A stretch of DNA of 64,000 bases from Balanoglossus misakiensis. Its lineage: Eukaryota > Animalia > Hemichordata. Below are positions 38,864-50,696 of this stretch, piece by piece (the first letter of the stretch is position 1; every line of letters begins with the position of its first letter). Below the pieces are notes generated by a model. That model saw only the letters and a program-made list of their open reading frames with translations. It had not been told where the DNA came from and did not search any database. The stretch lies in NCBI GenBank assembly GCA_040954595.2, contig CM082576.2:15919028-15983027 (forward strand), in the 5' to 3' direction. The position numbers and the translations under genes were made by a program.

Positions 38864-40585
38864 CTAAGTCTGTGCTTCCAACAATGTGCACAACTTATCA
38901 TATGGTCTTTCTAAAACATTGGATCTGGTCTTCACCAATACCCGTCGCACCACCCCTTTCCGATCAGGCATAACTTTGACGATTACACCCAAAGGCCAAG
39001 CATTTCTGGAGGTGTTCTCATTCTTTACCAATACCACGTCTCCAACGTGCAAGTTTTTCTTGACTTTCAACCATTTTTGCCTTTCTTGCAGAGAAGGTAG
39101 ATATTCCTTTGTCCATCTTTTCCAGAACAAATCTGACAGATACTGCACTTGCTTCCATCTGTGTACAGCATACAAGTCGTTCTTCTCCGTCACAGCAGGG
39201 GGTGTTGCTGCTCCCTTCATAGTAAGCAACATACTGGGTGTCAATGCTTTCAAGTCTCTAGCGTCGTCCGACGATACTGTAATCGGGCGACTATTAATAG
39301 TATGCTCCACTTCACACAAGAAAGTCTGTAGACTATCATCTGTCAGCTGTTGCTGCCTAACTATGACGTTCAGCAACTGTCTGATAGTGCGAATTTGTCT
39401 TTCCCATACTCCACCAAAATGGGATCCATAGGGTGGGTTAAACTTCCATTCTATGCCTTCTCTCAGTAGGTTTTCCCTGATCTTTGTCTGGTTCCATTTC
39501 TCGAGCTCTTCCTTCAACACTCTATTCGCTCCGACAAAATTGGTACCATTATCAGATCTCATGGACTTCACTGGTTCCCTCCTGGATATAAACCTCCTCA
39601 ACGCATTTATGAAAGAATCCGTACTAAGTGATTCCGCCATCTCTATGTGAACAGCGCGTATGGCTAAGCAAGTAAATATCACGCCATATCGCTTTACTGT
39701 ACTCCTTTTCATCTTTACTTCGATAGGACCAAAGTAATCAACGCCAACATTAGTAAATGGTGGTTCATTCGACTGCAAACGATCAGCAGGCAAGTCTGCC
39801 ATCTTCTGTTCACACAGTCTGGCTCGCTGGCGTCTACAAGTTACACATTTACTGACCATATTTCTAGCTGCCGAGTTCGCGCCTGGGATCCAATATTTCT
39901 CGCATAACTTTGACAGGATGTAGGCTCGTCCAAAGTGTTGCCCTCGTTCATGTATTTCACGCAACAGCAACTCTGCAACATGCGAACGCTTTGGTAAAAT
40001 CGCAGGGTGCTTTGCTTCTTCTGCTACCGCGGACAAACTCAGACGTCCTCCTACGCGTAACAAACCATCTGCCCCCATGACAGGGTCCAGCCTATAGATG
40101 TTACTATTTCTTCGTGTCTTCTTATCAGTATAGTCATCCACTAACAAACTGTCAACGTCTCTGGGAAACGCTTGGCGTTGTACAAACTTGATGATTGCAG
40201 TCTCTGCCGCATTCATGTCTTCCACTGTAATTTCATGCGGTCCATCTGTACGACGACTTTTGTTCTTGGCACATCTCAACAATGTGTCACCCACTTTACG
40301 TATCCAGGCCACTGCTTTCTTCAGTTTATACCAACTGGAGTAGTGGTCTATCAATTTCTGAACCGTCTCCTCCGCATTAACGGACATGGATCGATCCGCC
40401 CCTTTGTCAGGCGTCTGTCGTTCTCCCGAAACAACAGGTACTGTTCCCAACACAACGGGTACAGTTTCTTCTTCTGACCTCAAGGATATTCTATGCACTA
40501 GTGCAGATTTCTTCACCTCTGGATCTTCTGGATCTAGCTGTGTATTGTAGCTATCACTTGGCCATTTGTCTTGTGTCTTCCGCAA
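38864..40585 (-). CDS. pol: BEL/Pao polyprotein, 3' part: integrase (HHCC, DDE) and C-terminal domain
   Basis: GVDYFGP, MRSDNGTNFVGA, GGVWERQIR, FWKRWTKEYL, WPLGVI. Confidence 0.93.
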   Translation of the reverse strand: MRKTQDKWPSDSYNTQLDPEDPEVKKSALVHRISLRSEEETVPVVLGTVPVVSGERQTPDKGADRSMSVNAEETVQKLIDHYSSWYKLKKAVAWIRKVGDTLLRCAKNKSRRTDGPHEITVEDMNAAETAIIKFVQRQAFPRDVDSLLVDDYTDKKTRRNSNIYRLDPVMGADGLLRVGGRLSLSAVAEEAKHPAILPKRSHVAELLLREIHERGQHFGRAYILSKLCEKYWIPGANSAARNMVSKCVTCRRQRARLCEQKMADLPADRLQSNEPPFTNVGVDYFGPIEVKMKRSTVKRYGVIFTCLAIRAVHIEMAESLSTDSFINALRRFISRREPVKSMRSDNGTNFVGANRVLKEELEKWNQTKIRENLLREGIEWKFNPPYGSHFGGVWERQIRTIRQLLNVIVRQQQLTDDSLQTFLCEVEHTINSRPITVSSDDARDLKALTPSMLLTMKGAATPPAVTEKNDLYAVHRWKQVQYLSDLFWKRWTKEYLPSLQERQKWLKVKKNLHVGDVVLVKNENTSRNAWPLGVIVKVMPDRKGVVRRVLVKTRSNVLERPYDKLCTLLEAQT

Positions 40586-40799
40586 GAAATCAGGACCACC
40601 TATCCATCTTTCGTTCTTCAGAAAAGCATCTATTCTTCTTCTGACCTCAAGGATATTCTATGCACTAGTGCAGATTTCTTCACCTCTGGATCTTCTGGAT
40701 CTAGCTGTGTATTGTAGCTATCACTTGGCCATTTGTCTTGTGTCTTCCGCAAGAAATCAGGACCACCTATCCATCTTTCGTTCTTCAGAAAAGCATCTA
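40466..40799. repeat. 167-bp tandem duplication disrupting the BEL polyprotein
   Basis: 40466-40632 equals 40633-40799; the junction creates TAG on the minus strand. Confidence 0.92.
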
Positions 40800-43700
40800 T
40801 TTTCTGACCTCTAGAGCACTCATCTGCCGGGTTGTCACTGGTATTAATGTAGCGCCAGTTCGCTGGGTCTGATCCTCCTCGAATCACTGCTAGTCTATTC
40901 GCCACGAAGGTATGAAATCTTGTGGTTTCGTTGTTTATGTACCGCAGCACGGTTTTGCTATCCGTCCAAAACACGGATTCATTGATTGGCAAATCCATCT
41001 CCTTTTTGAGAAGTTTGTCAAGCCTCACTGCTACAGTAGCTGCAGTTAATTCCATTCGTGGGATCGATATTTGCTTCAATGGAGCCACTCTTGCTTTGGC
41101 CATCATCAAAGTGCTGTGGATGTTTCCGCTTTTGTCAATCAACCTAAGATACGATACAGCGCCATAACCATTTTCGCTGGCATCAGCAAAGTGATGTAGC
41201 TGAGCTGTGTCTACTTCACCAAAGTGCTCGGGCTTTATACATCTGGGTACTGCGAAACACTCTTCTAATTTCGGTAGATCACTCAACCAATTCTCCCACA
41301 CTTTGCGTTGTTTTCCAGGAATATCATCATCCCAGCTTAGTTTTGCTTTATACAACTGCTGCAAAAGCATCTTGGGTGGCAGAAGCGCTGGGGCTGCCAT
41401 GCCCAGTGGGTCGTATAATGAACTAACCACTCCCAGAATTCCTTGTCTGGTCGCTGGTTTCTCTTTAGTACGATTTCTGAATCCAAATTCATCAGATTCC
41501 ACGTTCCATTGCATACCGAGTGCATGCTCCGTGGGCAAGTCATCTTGCTCCAAGTCTAAGTTCTTCACCTCTGTCGCCCTTTGTTCTTCAGGTATTGCTT
41601 CCAAAACTGGACGCGTATTGCTGATCCACTTCATGAGCTTGAACCCTGATTTCTTACAGGTGTCTGTCAGCCCTTCAGCCAAAGTCTTTCCTTCCATCAC
41701 TGTTGATGCTGCCTTCAACATGTCATCAACGTAGAAGTTTCTAGATATGGTGTTCTTGACACTCAGATCAGAAGTATTGTCTGAAGCTTTCTTCAACGCG
41801 AAGTTTGCACAACTGGGTGACGATGTAGCCCCGAAGATGTGCACTGTCATTCGGTACTCGACAGGAGGTTCCTCTACATTACCATTAGGCCACCACAGAA
41901 AACGCTGGAAATCTCGGTTTTCTTGCGACACGCCAACTTGAGAGAACATAGCCTCTATATCTGACATCAGTGCTATCCGCTCTTCACGAAAACGTATAAG
42001 CACTCCTACAAGTGAACTGGTCAGATCTGGTCCTTGCATCAACTCCTTGTTCAAAGAAGTTCCCTTGTATTCTGCACCACAGTCGAAGACTACCCGGATT
42101 TTCTGTTTCTGTGGATGGTATACTCCATGATGGGGAAGATACCATTTCTTTCCAGGATTGCCTTCCAATTCTTCCTGTGGCACCCTTTCAGCATAGCCTT
42201 TGTCTATAATACTTTCCATGAATGTAGTATATTCTTGACGATAGTCATCGTTGTTTCTAAATTTCTTTCCCAACTGAGAAAGCCGGTATTCTACTGCCAC
42301 TTTGTTGTTTGGCATCGTAACACCGTCATCACGTAACGGTAATGGCACCTGATAATGACCATCAACGAACTGCGTTTGTTCGTTCACAACTTTCATGAAC
42401 TTTCTGTCTTCAACCGAATCTTCCGGTTTGTCATCTATGATACGCTCACTGAACTCGTGATTGAAGAGGTTGATTAATTGCTGATCAATCGCCGGTCCAA
42501 CTTGTATTCTACAGACTGTTGCGGCAGTTTCATTTTCTGACACGCCAGCCCCCGTAAGGAAACCATTTACGAACCAGCCTAAACGGGTACATACGGCAAA
42601 TGGTCCATCTCCATTACTGTTAATTACTTCCCATGGTTCAAACGCTTCAGGAACGTTACCACCGATGAGTAGGCCTATTTCCGCATCTATCTCAGGCAGG
42701 CGTACCTTACGCAAATAAGGATACTTGCCAATGTCATCTTGCGTAACGATGAGATCTTTCGAAGCAGGAATTTTCTCTTGCGTATATGTAGCTGGAAGTT
42801 TGATGATGTAATGCTCATCAAGATCTGAAACTTCTAGACCCTTGATAACACGACTATCAACTGATTTACCAGTGATAGTGTTCAGCATAATCTTTGTTTT
42901 CTTGCCACCGACGTTCAGTTGTCGACGAAGTGTTTCCGTACAGAATACTGTGTCACTGCCGTTGTCAATAAAGGCGTACGTTTGTACACTAAGACCACTC
43001 GATCTACATTTGACCTTGACGGGAATAATCACGGGTTTATATGCACACTCTCCATTCCCCGCGTATCTACATGACGCGTCAATCATCCCCACTGTCGTTA
43101 ACACGGGTTTTCCGGACTGGTCTTTGGTTTTGTTGAAGTGCAACACGGTCGGATGCATCTTGCCACATTTTTCACAAGTCAGCTTGCTTGTACAGTCTTT
43201 CACCATATGTTTTCCATTTTTCAGGCAACCAAAACATAACCCTTTCGTTTTTATGAGCCGTTTCTTGTCATCGTAAGCCTTAGAGGCAAACACTTGACAG
43301 TCTTGAATTTCATGTGTACTGTCTGCACAACACAAACACAGAGTAACAGTCTCTGTGCTGACTGTGTAGGCATTGCGTCTTTGTGTACCACTAGTTGATT
43401 TCTTGATGTTCTTTGCTCCCTTGTCCTTGGATGGAATGCCGGCGAGGTTACCAAACACCTCTTGGGACATTATCTTGGCATCCCTGTTGACAAAGTCCAC
43501 CAGATCTTTGAACTGCACTGATCGTTGTTGTACGATGCTGTATGTTCTGCTGCGCCATCGGTCTCTCAACTTGAAAGGCAGTTTGTAAACCAACATTTGC
43601 AAGTTTTTGTAGTGGTTGAGCTCTCTCAGATGTGATTCACCTTTCATAGCGTTTTCACACTTGGTCAAGAAAAGAGCGAAATCTTTCAAAGCGGTCTTAT

Positions 43701-45090
43701 CCTCGGATTTCAATTCCGGCCAATCTTCTGCTTGCTTGGTGTAGGCTCTGGCCGTCACGTATGGATTGCCGAACTCAGTTTCAAGCAATTTTCTGGCTCT
43801 TTCGTATCCTTCATTAGCTTCCATGTGAATGCAACTGCTCACTATTTCTCTCGGTTCACCACGTGTATACTGCTCTAAGTAATACAAACGATCATCAGGA
43901 TCTTCAGTGTTGGATTCTATGCCATGCCGAAAGGCACGTATAAATGATTTATACTGCAATGGGTCCCCATCGAACACGGGTATCGATTGCGGCGGTAAAG
44001 CGGCACGCTTGTTATGCTCAATCAACAGTTTAGTAACTGTGGCTAGGTTATGATCGCTACAGGAACTGTGGCTGCTATTGCTACCTGTACACGAACCAAT
44101 GTCAGGACTGAATTTCGTCTGCTTGTTTACATCGGGTTTTCTTTTTTCTGAACTGCATACAATACTGTCGACAGGACTATCAGACTTAGTAACATTGGGA
44201 CTATCACATGTGTGGAAACTACCCAAGTTGCTAGCACTTGAACTCTTCATCTTGATGTTGCCCCGAAATGCAGCGGGTGTCTTAAAGAGATCTTGTAGGT
44301 TGTATTCTTGTAAACTACTTTCATCTTCACCATTTTCAAAATGACGATACACTTCGATTATTGCATTCTGTTCAGCAATTTCTGTTTTGATTTCCAACAA
44401 TTGTTTTTGTTTGTTTATTTTGGATTCCACTTCGTCTAGCTTCTGTTTTTCCTCCAAACCTGCCATACGAGTCATCAGTTCCGCCCGTTTCACTGCGGCT
44501 GCGATTATAGATGCCTTGCTATTAATACTACTACCACGTGAGGACACGTGTGATGACACTCTGCTTGATCTTGCTGATTTAAATCTAGGTGTCTTACTAC
44601 CAATATGGGACACGCTATCTTCTGGCTTCACAGTGTCTGCCAACATGGAATCATGCAGCCCATGGCGAAATAGCCAGGTTTCAACTTCATGCTGAAATTC
44701 ATCAAACCCAGTCATACGTGGTAATGACCAACTGGTATACATATGTTGTTTTTCTTTTTCATCCAATGACTCATGGTATTTGACATCAGCCTCTTTGAAA
44801 TTTTCAAAGGCAACTTCACATTCTTTCATTTTAGTTTTCACCAAAATACCATTGACCCTATCTTCCATCAGAGATGTTATCTGATTCATCAATGTTGTTA
44901 CTCTACCATAGATGTGTGATCTGGTAGTCTTCAATCTTTCTCTTTCAGCTTCTTTGTGCTTGTCTGTTTTTATGGAGACACGCTTGGTGTTTTCTGGATT
45001 ACCAGTAAACAAATCATTTTTCTCTGTTTCCACCATGACCTTTGTATCATCATTGGTGGCCATTTTGCTTCTTATTCTGTATAAATTCAC
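40630..45090 (-). CDS. pol: BEL/Pao gag-protease-RT-RNase H polyprotein, 5' part
   Basis: FDGDPLQY gag, CCHC knuckles, FIDNGSD protease, YLPHHGV, FYVDD RT, HHFADASENGYG and FWTDS RNase H. Confidence 0.95.
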   Translation of the reverse strand: MNLYRIRSKMATNDDTKVMVETEKNDLFTGNPENTKRVSIKTDKHKEAERERLKTTRSHIYGRVTTLMNQITSLMEDRVNGILVKTKMKECEVAFENFKEADVKYHESLDEKEKQHMYTSWSLPRMTGFDEFQHEVETWLFRHGLHDSMLADTVKPEDSVSHIGSKTPRFKSARSSRVSSHVSSRGSSINSKASIIAAAVKRAELMTRMAGLEEKQKLDEVESKINKQKQLLEIKTEIAEQNAIIEVYRHFENGEDESSLQEYNLQDLFKTPAAFRGNIKMKSSSASNLGSFHTCDSPNVTKSDSPVDSIVCSSEKRKPDVNKQTKFSPDIGSCTGSNSSHSSCSDHNLATVTKLLIEHNKRAALPPQSIPVFDGDPLQYKSFIRAFRHGIESNTEDPDDRLYYLEQYTRGEPREIVSSCIHMEANEGYERARKLLETEFGNPYVTARAYTKQAEDWPELKSEDKTALKDFALFLTKCENAMKGESHLRELNHYKNLQMLVYKLPFKLRDRWRSRTYSIVQQRSVQFKDLVDFVNRDAKIMSQEVFGNLAGIPSKDKGAKNIKKSTSGTQRRNAYTVSTETVTLCLCCADSTHEIQDCQVFASKAYDDKKRLIKTKGLCFGCLKNGKHMVKDCTSKLTCEKCGKMHPTVLHFNKTKDQSGKPVLTTVGMIDASCRYAGNGECAYKPVIIPVKVKCRSSGLSVQTYAFIDNGSDTVFCTETLRRQLNVGGKKTKIMLNTITGKSVDSRVIKGLEVSDLDEHYIIKLPATYTQEKIPASKDLIVTQDDIGKYPYLRKVRLPEIDAEIGLLIGGNVPEAFEPWEVINSNGDGPFAVCTRLGWFVNGFLTGAGVSENETAATVCRIQVGPAIDQQLINLFNHEFSERIIDDKPEDSVEDRKFMKVVNEQTQFVDGHYQVPLPLRDDGVTMPNNKVAVEYRLSQLGKKFRNNDDYRQEYTTFMESIIDKGYAERVPQEELEGNPGKKWYLPHHGVYHPQKQKIRVVFDCGAEYKGTSLNKELMQGPDLTSSLVGVLIRFREERIALMSDIEAMFSQVGVSQENRDFQRFLWWPNGNVEEPPVEYRMTVHIFGATSSPSCANFALKKASDNTSDLSVKNTISRNFYVDDMLKAASTVMEGKTLAEGLTDTCKKSGFKLMKWISNTRPVLEAIPEEQRATEVKNLDLEQDDLPTEHALGMQWNVESDEFGFRNRTKEKPATRQGILGVVSSLYDPLGMAAPALLPPKMLLQQLYKAKLSWDDDIPGKQRKVWENWLSDLPKLEECFAVPRCIKPEHFGEVDTAQLHHFADASENGYGAVSYLRLIDKSGNIHSTLMMAKARVAPLKQISIPRMELTAATVAVRLDKLLKKEMDLPINESVFWTDSKTVLRYINNETTRFHTFVANRLAVIRGGSDPANWRYINTSDNPADECSRGQKIDAFLKNERWIGGPDFLRKTQDKWPSDSYNTQLDPEDPEVKKSALVHRISLRSEEE

Positions 45091-45949
45091 TGTGCTGAAT
45101 GATACCCAATGCGCCCTGTACGTACGATATGCGCCGTCGAGTACTAGTATGACACAATGACCTTGAAGCTTCTGACATGCGCAGTGGCGTCTTGACCACG
45201 AACGCCAGTTTTCCTCAGCTGAGCCGAGACCAATGTACAGCTAGACAGGAAAATACTGATAATAAATCGCTGTCCTACCAGATTCTTTCTACCAATCTTC
45301 CGAAGGTGACAGTTTCTGCCCGGTCGATCACAGTTTTCTACTGTAGTAACCTCGATGTGCCGTCTCAAATGGCGCCCTAATTCACATCAAAGGTCACAGG
45401 GTTCTATAGAATTTGCCGTTAACTAACTGGAGCTCACCATCGCCGACGAACATTCCTTGTCAGATGTCACAGAAAACGCTGATCGGAACTTTACACGAAC
45501 ATTTAATGACTGAACATACAACACTGGCACTGGATGATGCGTCGCGGTGGTTGAAGTTTCCGTAGAAAACTGGCAAAAATCCCCAGGCTAACTGCGCAAA
45601 AGTCCTCTCATGTGCGCCATGGAATTTTCCAGATATTTTCTAAACAAAAGCGTATGCGCTAATGTACTCACAGCGCGAGGGCGCTAGACTAAATATTTCA
45701 GTTTCTCTAAGAACTGGGCATCCTTACACCTTCAAAACCACTCCCACATCACGTCGCGGGAATTTCACACATGACTCCACCTCTATTTCCTTATTTAGAA
45801 TGCGATGATGTCATTTGGTTTACATTGAGTGACCAATTAGCTTACACGCAATATTTACCACCCGTGTCGTTCTGCGCACAGAATTCTGTGCGTAAATAGA
45901 GACTGTCACCGGGCGTTTCTTTTCCCCAACGCCCTGGTCTCCGGGCTAC

Positions 45950-48450
45950 TGTCTGTCTGTTATTCAATATCAAACCAATATCACATGCAATCATATAAAT
46001 ACAAGCAATACTGTTACAAATAAAGCAAACCCCCACAAGAATCACAATATTCAGAAATACATGTAAGGTCTGAATGAGTTAAGGTAAGTGTTCACCTGAC
46101 GAGCAACTTGTGAGCGTTGTGAAAAAGGCGCAACTCTTAATACATTATAAATATGATTGTGACTTCTAGTCACCATGAAAACGAATAAATTCTCCTGAGA
46201 CATGTGCAGAGAAAACAGCTGTAGCACCCCCTCAACGAAAACTGTGGCCAGAGAAGGCACTTGGTGGAAAACCTGCCCGGTCTAGCAAAGTGCACAGTTT
46301 GGGTGTGAAACCTTTTGTGTGTGAGGACAGACAGTTTTGGCCCATTGGGTACACAACTGCTTTTGCAGTACTTTGGGGCAGGGATTATTGATATACCATG
46401 TACAGTGCACTACCGAAGGTAAATAAAGTGGTGAACCAGTGAGGGATATAATTGGGATGGAATGCACTTGGCTATGACTCTGATTTGTCTTCGACCATGT
46501 GATTGCAATGACCACCACAGTAGGGGGAACTTAAAATTCCTACGGGAAAGGTGGACTGTAGGGTCAAACTTCTACTCGCCTGGGGGAACCAAAATGGACT
46601 TTCGCAGAAACAAGTGGAATGCCGTGAGAAAAGCAGCCCACAGAGTAATATCTCCAGGCGAGGATAAATCCAAAAACTGGAGAATCGATAACAAAATGCC
46701 TGCGGTAATAGCTAATTTACGTCTGGGGACCCAGAGAATACAATGGGAAATCCCTTGTGTTAAACGTGGTAAAATAGGGTGGACTATCTGCCCATCAAAT
46801 CCATTAAACTCATGCAAAAGTCTTGCAGCGTTCATGTATTGCTACTGTGTACTTACTGTTTCTGACATGACCTGAATAAAAAAAATTGTTCGTGGAGATG
46901 CTGGAATTGGTGTCACGCCAAAATGAAGGCAAAATATAAGGTAAGTCTTCCACTAGGAATCAAAATTTCGCACATAGGGTGGCGTCAATTTCTGATTCAG
47001 GCAACCTTATCCTTTGGGGTTTGTTTCTGCTCCTTTGGAAAGGTCAGAGATACAAATTGTATTACCAATTGTGGTTTAAACTGAAATACATTGTCATCAA
47101 TGTGATGATTTCTCGTGCCTCGGCCTCTAGTCAGCTTCACAAAACGATGGCGACTGCTGCTATTGAGCTCCCATTGGCTAAGGGCGTCGGTCACCCTATT
47201 TTCTTGGCCATGGAGATGCACTGCTTTGATTTGGAATTGATGCGTAGCTGCTGTGTTTTCATGTGATCTCGTGTGAGCCGGCATTGGCATTGGCTTCATT
47301 ACCGCACTGAATAATCAACCTACGACCAACCAGTTGGTCAGCCCATAATAAGCATGCTATGACCACAGTCATCATTTCTAAACAGCTGATGTGGAACTCA
47401 GAACTGCATACATGTTCTGGAAACTGACAATGAAAGTATTCATTCAGGTATGTGCCCCCCAGCACCAAAAAGTCAAGCATCTGCTGTGAGTTCATCAAGC
47501 AAACACCACTCTTCAGTTGGTACTAATGATGTGCTGTTGAAATCATCTAAGAAAGTCGGCGACCACCGATGTTATTTTTCATTTCTGAGTTTATGTTGAA
47601 ACGGTGGTGATTGCGCCTGAGTTTGGGAAGGGTGTCCAACAAACGATAATCGAAAGCCCTACCTGGCCTTACACATCCAGCGAGATAGGATAGTCTGCCG
47701 ATGACAGACTACAGCTTTCGCTTGGTTGTTCGTTTCCTTGACAACCAGGCCGCTAAGTGATGTTTGCCTTTATCTTCAGGTACACTGATGGTCATATTGA
47801 TTGTGTCAAACTTGCAGCCTAAGAAAACCATGCCTTGTGCTGGGTGACAGGCTTTCTCCTTTGATTCATTAAGCCCAAGGCTCTTAAGCAGGTTGGTTTC
47901 GCCTCTTTAGGGGACTCAGCTCCCCCGAAATTGTCAATTTTGTTAACGCAGTTCCCCACCTCCTCCTTAAAGATGTTGTTTGTTCGCTGACAAGCTGTTG
48001 ATGCTGTGCACAATCTAAACAACATTTTCGAATCAAAATGCAACATATCTCTCCATGAATAACTTAATAAAACGTAAACACGAGGATCTCTCTTGTATAG
48101 TAAACAACCTGAACACTTCTTTCTGATAATGCCAGCCATCTTGTCTATTCCTGGGTATGTCACTGAAAAGGGGACCATCCAAGTAGGTGTTAGTAGGGAT
48201 GCCGTCATCCACAGAATGGCCAGTGCGGTAACTCAAATCCACCACAACCCTTCGTCTTTGGAATCTTTTTTTCTCGACTGTAAGCAGTATGGAAAGAATT
48301 ATGGGTTTGTCAAATGGGTTCCTTTGAAATTGGCCAATTATACTGTCAACAAATGGATTACCTTTGGTAGTGTATTTATCAACATGGTCTTCATATGTGT
48401 AAGCAGATTTGTGATTGGAAGTGACAGAGCTAGGTTGTTGTGGTGCGGTA
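45950..48450 (-). pseudogene. Decayed DIRS/Ngaro-type YR retrotransposon (RT, RNase H, tyrosine recombinase remnants)
   Basis: Fragmented ORFs: RRVVVDLSY, GCLLYKRD, DNFGGAESP (RT); HISCLEMMTVVIAC, NRVTDALS (RNase H); KLAITAGIL...LWAAFLTAFHLFLRKSILVP, WSKTNQ, FSGHSFR (YR). Confidence 0.85.
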
Positions 48451-49502
48451 TTAATCCTTTGGGCCCTGATACGGGTTTTGGGACGGCGAATTCGCCCGAC
48501 CGCAGGGAGGGTGCGAATCACCGTATGACCGAAGTGCCGCAAAATCCGTATCAGGACCGGAAACGTTTTATCATGCCTAGATTAACGTTCCCATGTAATT
48601 CTATGGGGAAAAAGCGCCCTCTCACCCATACAAGTGTTTTTTTGCTTATCACGCCCCGGCGCGGTGACCATACTTGAAGTTGGACGACGCGCGTTCAGTA
48701 TCCGGATCTACTTTTGTTTTTATTGAGCGAGATTTAAAAGCACGACCGAAAACATGACATCCGGTCCATCCTACTGTGACCAAGGGTTCACTTCCAATGT
48801 GCAGATATCTCAGTCGCAACAGAATGTAAACAAATGACATGCAAATCAATCCACAAGAGATGGGGGAATACGCGGCTCTATGCTATTGTTGGTATACGCA
48901 ATAATAATGGGTTGTTAATATAGCGCACGATCAAGATGTTTTACAGTTGTTGTTGTTGTTAATATGTTTATTACCTCTGGGCCTGAAAGTATTATATGTA
49001 TGTATGTAAATTTCTTCAGTACACAAAATTCCATAATTTCATAAATCTGCCACTCTTACTATTGTGCTGTATACTATATTCTAATTACCTTGTATAAGAG
49101 TTACGCAAGTTTGAGCCGGATATCTCAAAGCGTTAACACAAAACATCGAGAAAAACTTTATTTTGGAAGGTTATTTAAATTGCATGTCACATGGTACACT
49201 ACAGACTGAATGTCCTGCACATGGCGCGCTTGCCTGGCGCGCTCAGTGGCTTGCTGCGCGCGCCAGGGGGCTCGGTCCCTCCGGGCCCAGCAGGCCCATG
49301 GGCCCGCAGGGCTTGCTAATTTAGGCCCAACCCCTTGGGTGTAATTTGGGGCGCCCTCTGTGTAGTGCGTCTTCCCGCCTTCCGGAGAGAATTGCTACTT
49401 TTGTAGGGCTTCCGCCATCTTGTAGAGTCACTTTTTCCGAGCAGTCGCTCGCTTAAAACTTCTCCCAAAAATCCGTCTTTTTCGCCGCTTTGTCGTCACA
49501 AT

Positions 49503-50681
49503 ATGTCCGACCACTCAGACAGCGAAACTCTCCCACAGTCCGAAAGGCGGACTCCCAACTGCTCTGGCTGCAAACAAGCAGTAAAAGGGCATCGCGCTCT
49601 TGGGTTACAGCCAGGCCCAAACTGCACAGGCGTGCCCCAACCGCAAGGCGCAGATGGAAGCTCCGCCATTCCCACCACATCCGTCGTCGTCGAACAGACT
49701 GACTCACTCCAGCTCGAAGATCTACAAGCCAGACAGGCAGAACTGTTACAGGAAAAGCAACTCCTACTGCAGAAACGAGAGCAGCGTGCATTACAGACCC
49801 GCTCCAGCATCTCAGAACTAGAACACGAACTTGCCGCCCTCCGAGTGCGGGATGCCAACACAAGTCCCATGCAACCGCCTCCACCGATCCCTTTATCGTC
49901 GGGCAACGGCTGTCCACCAACACTGGACACCCTTCGTCAAAACCCAGCGGCCAACCAAGCAGTCGACGCACAACTCTCTCACATCGTGAATTCGGCATTT
50001 GGCGCCTCCGCATTGCCAACGTCCATCGGACAGTCTACTCGTGCTGAATGGCCGATCGGCTACATGTCACAAGGTAAGCCAGGAAAGTCCCCTCGTGACT
50101 CTCAAGCCCCTAGCTTCACAGACGAATCCAGAGTGAAATGGCCACATTTGCGCCTACCTCGCGAAAAAGGAGGAAAAGTCCCCAAATTCGACAACTTAAC
50201 CATCGCACAACTGGTCAGAGGTGAATTAGAAATACTCAACTCCGTCTACCTGCCCATCTCGTCTGAGGAACGCGCTCCCAGATCACTGCATCTCCAGAAC
50301 TTAATGAGACTCGCTCATAAGCACGATTGGTCAGACGTACTAAATTTCCACGGTACCATCTTAGAAAAGATACAAAGCGCAGAACTACGTTGGCAAGACT
50401 GCTTCGACCGTTATGAAAAAGAACTTCTCTCACCCGACACCCTGAAATCCGTCAAACAAGGCACTGATAGCGGCAAGACACAGGCCGTCAAGAAGAGCGA
50501 TATTTGTTACAAGTACAACCTCCAGACATGCGAATGGGGCGACAAGTGTTTTAGACGCCACATCTGCTATCGCTGTTTCAAAATCAACAACACAGCCACA
50601 CCTCACAGCGGCAAAGACTGCCACCTCGCCACCAGCAAGAAGAATGACAGCTCCAATAGTAATACATCTAATTCGGACTGA
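49503..50681 (+). CDS. gag: Gag-like ORF1 of Ngaro-type element
   Basis: 392 aa with an N-terminal CxxC..H..C motif, a coiled coil, and C-terminal CYKYNLQTCEWGDKCFRRHICYRC...HSGKDC zinc fingers. Confidence 0.85.
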   Translation: MSDHSDSETLPQSERRTPNCSGCKQAVKGHRALGLQPGPNCTGVPQPQGADGSSAIPTTSVVVEQTDSLQLEDLQARQAELLQEKQLLLQKREQRALQTRSSISELEHELAALRVRDANTSPMQPPPPIPLSSGNGCPPTLDTLRQNPAANQAVDAQLSHIVNSAFGASALPTSIGQSTRAEWPIGYMSQGKPGKSPRDSQAPSFTDESRVKWPHLRLPREKGGKVPKFDNLTIAQLVRGELEILNSVYLPISSEERAPRSLHLQNLMRLAHKHDWSDVLNFHGTILEKIQSAELRWQDCFDRYEKELLSPDTLKSVKQGTDSGKTQAVKKSDICYKYNLQTCEWGDKCFRRHICYRCFKINNTATPHSGKDCHLATSKKNDSSNSNTSNSD

Positions 50682-50696
50682 ACTTCAGTTGTTGGG

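Larger units (their letters stand above)
38112..45728 (-). mobile_element. Full-length BEL/Pao LTR retrotransposon, recent insertion
   Basis: TG...CA LTRs at 38112-38497 and 45342-45728 (about 4 differences by eye), 5-bp TSD CCTTC, PPT TGGGGGCTGG, and gag-PR-RT-RH-IN order. Confidence 0.97.

Noticed and set aside
38886-45160. Many plus-strand ORFs over the BEL element
   Set aside because: Antisense shadows of the polyprotein.
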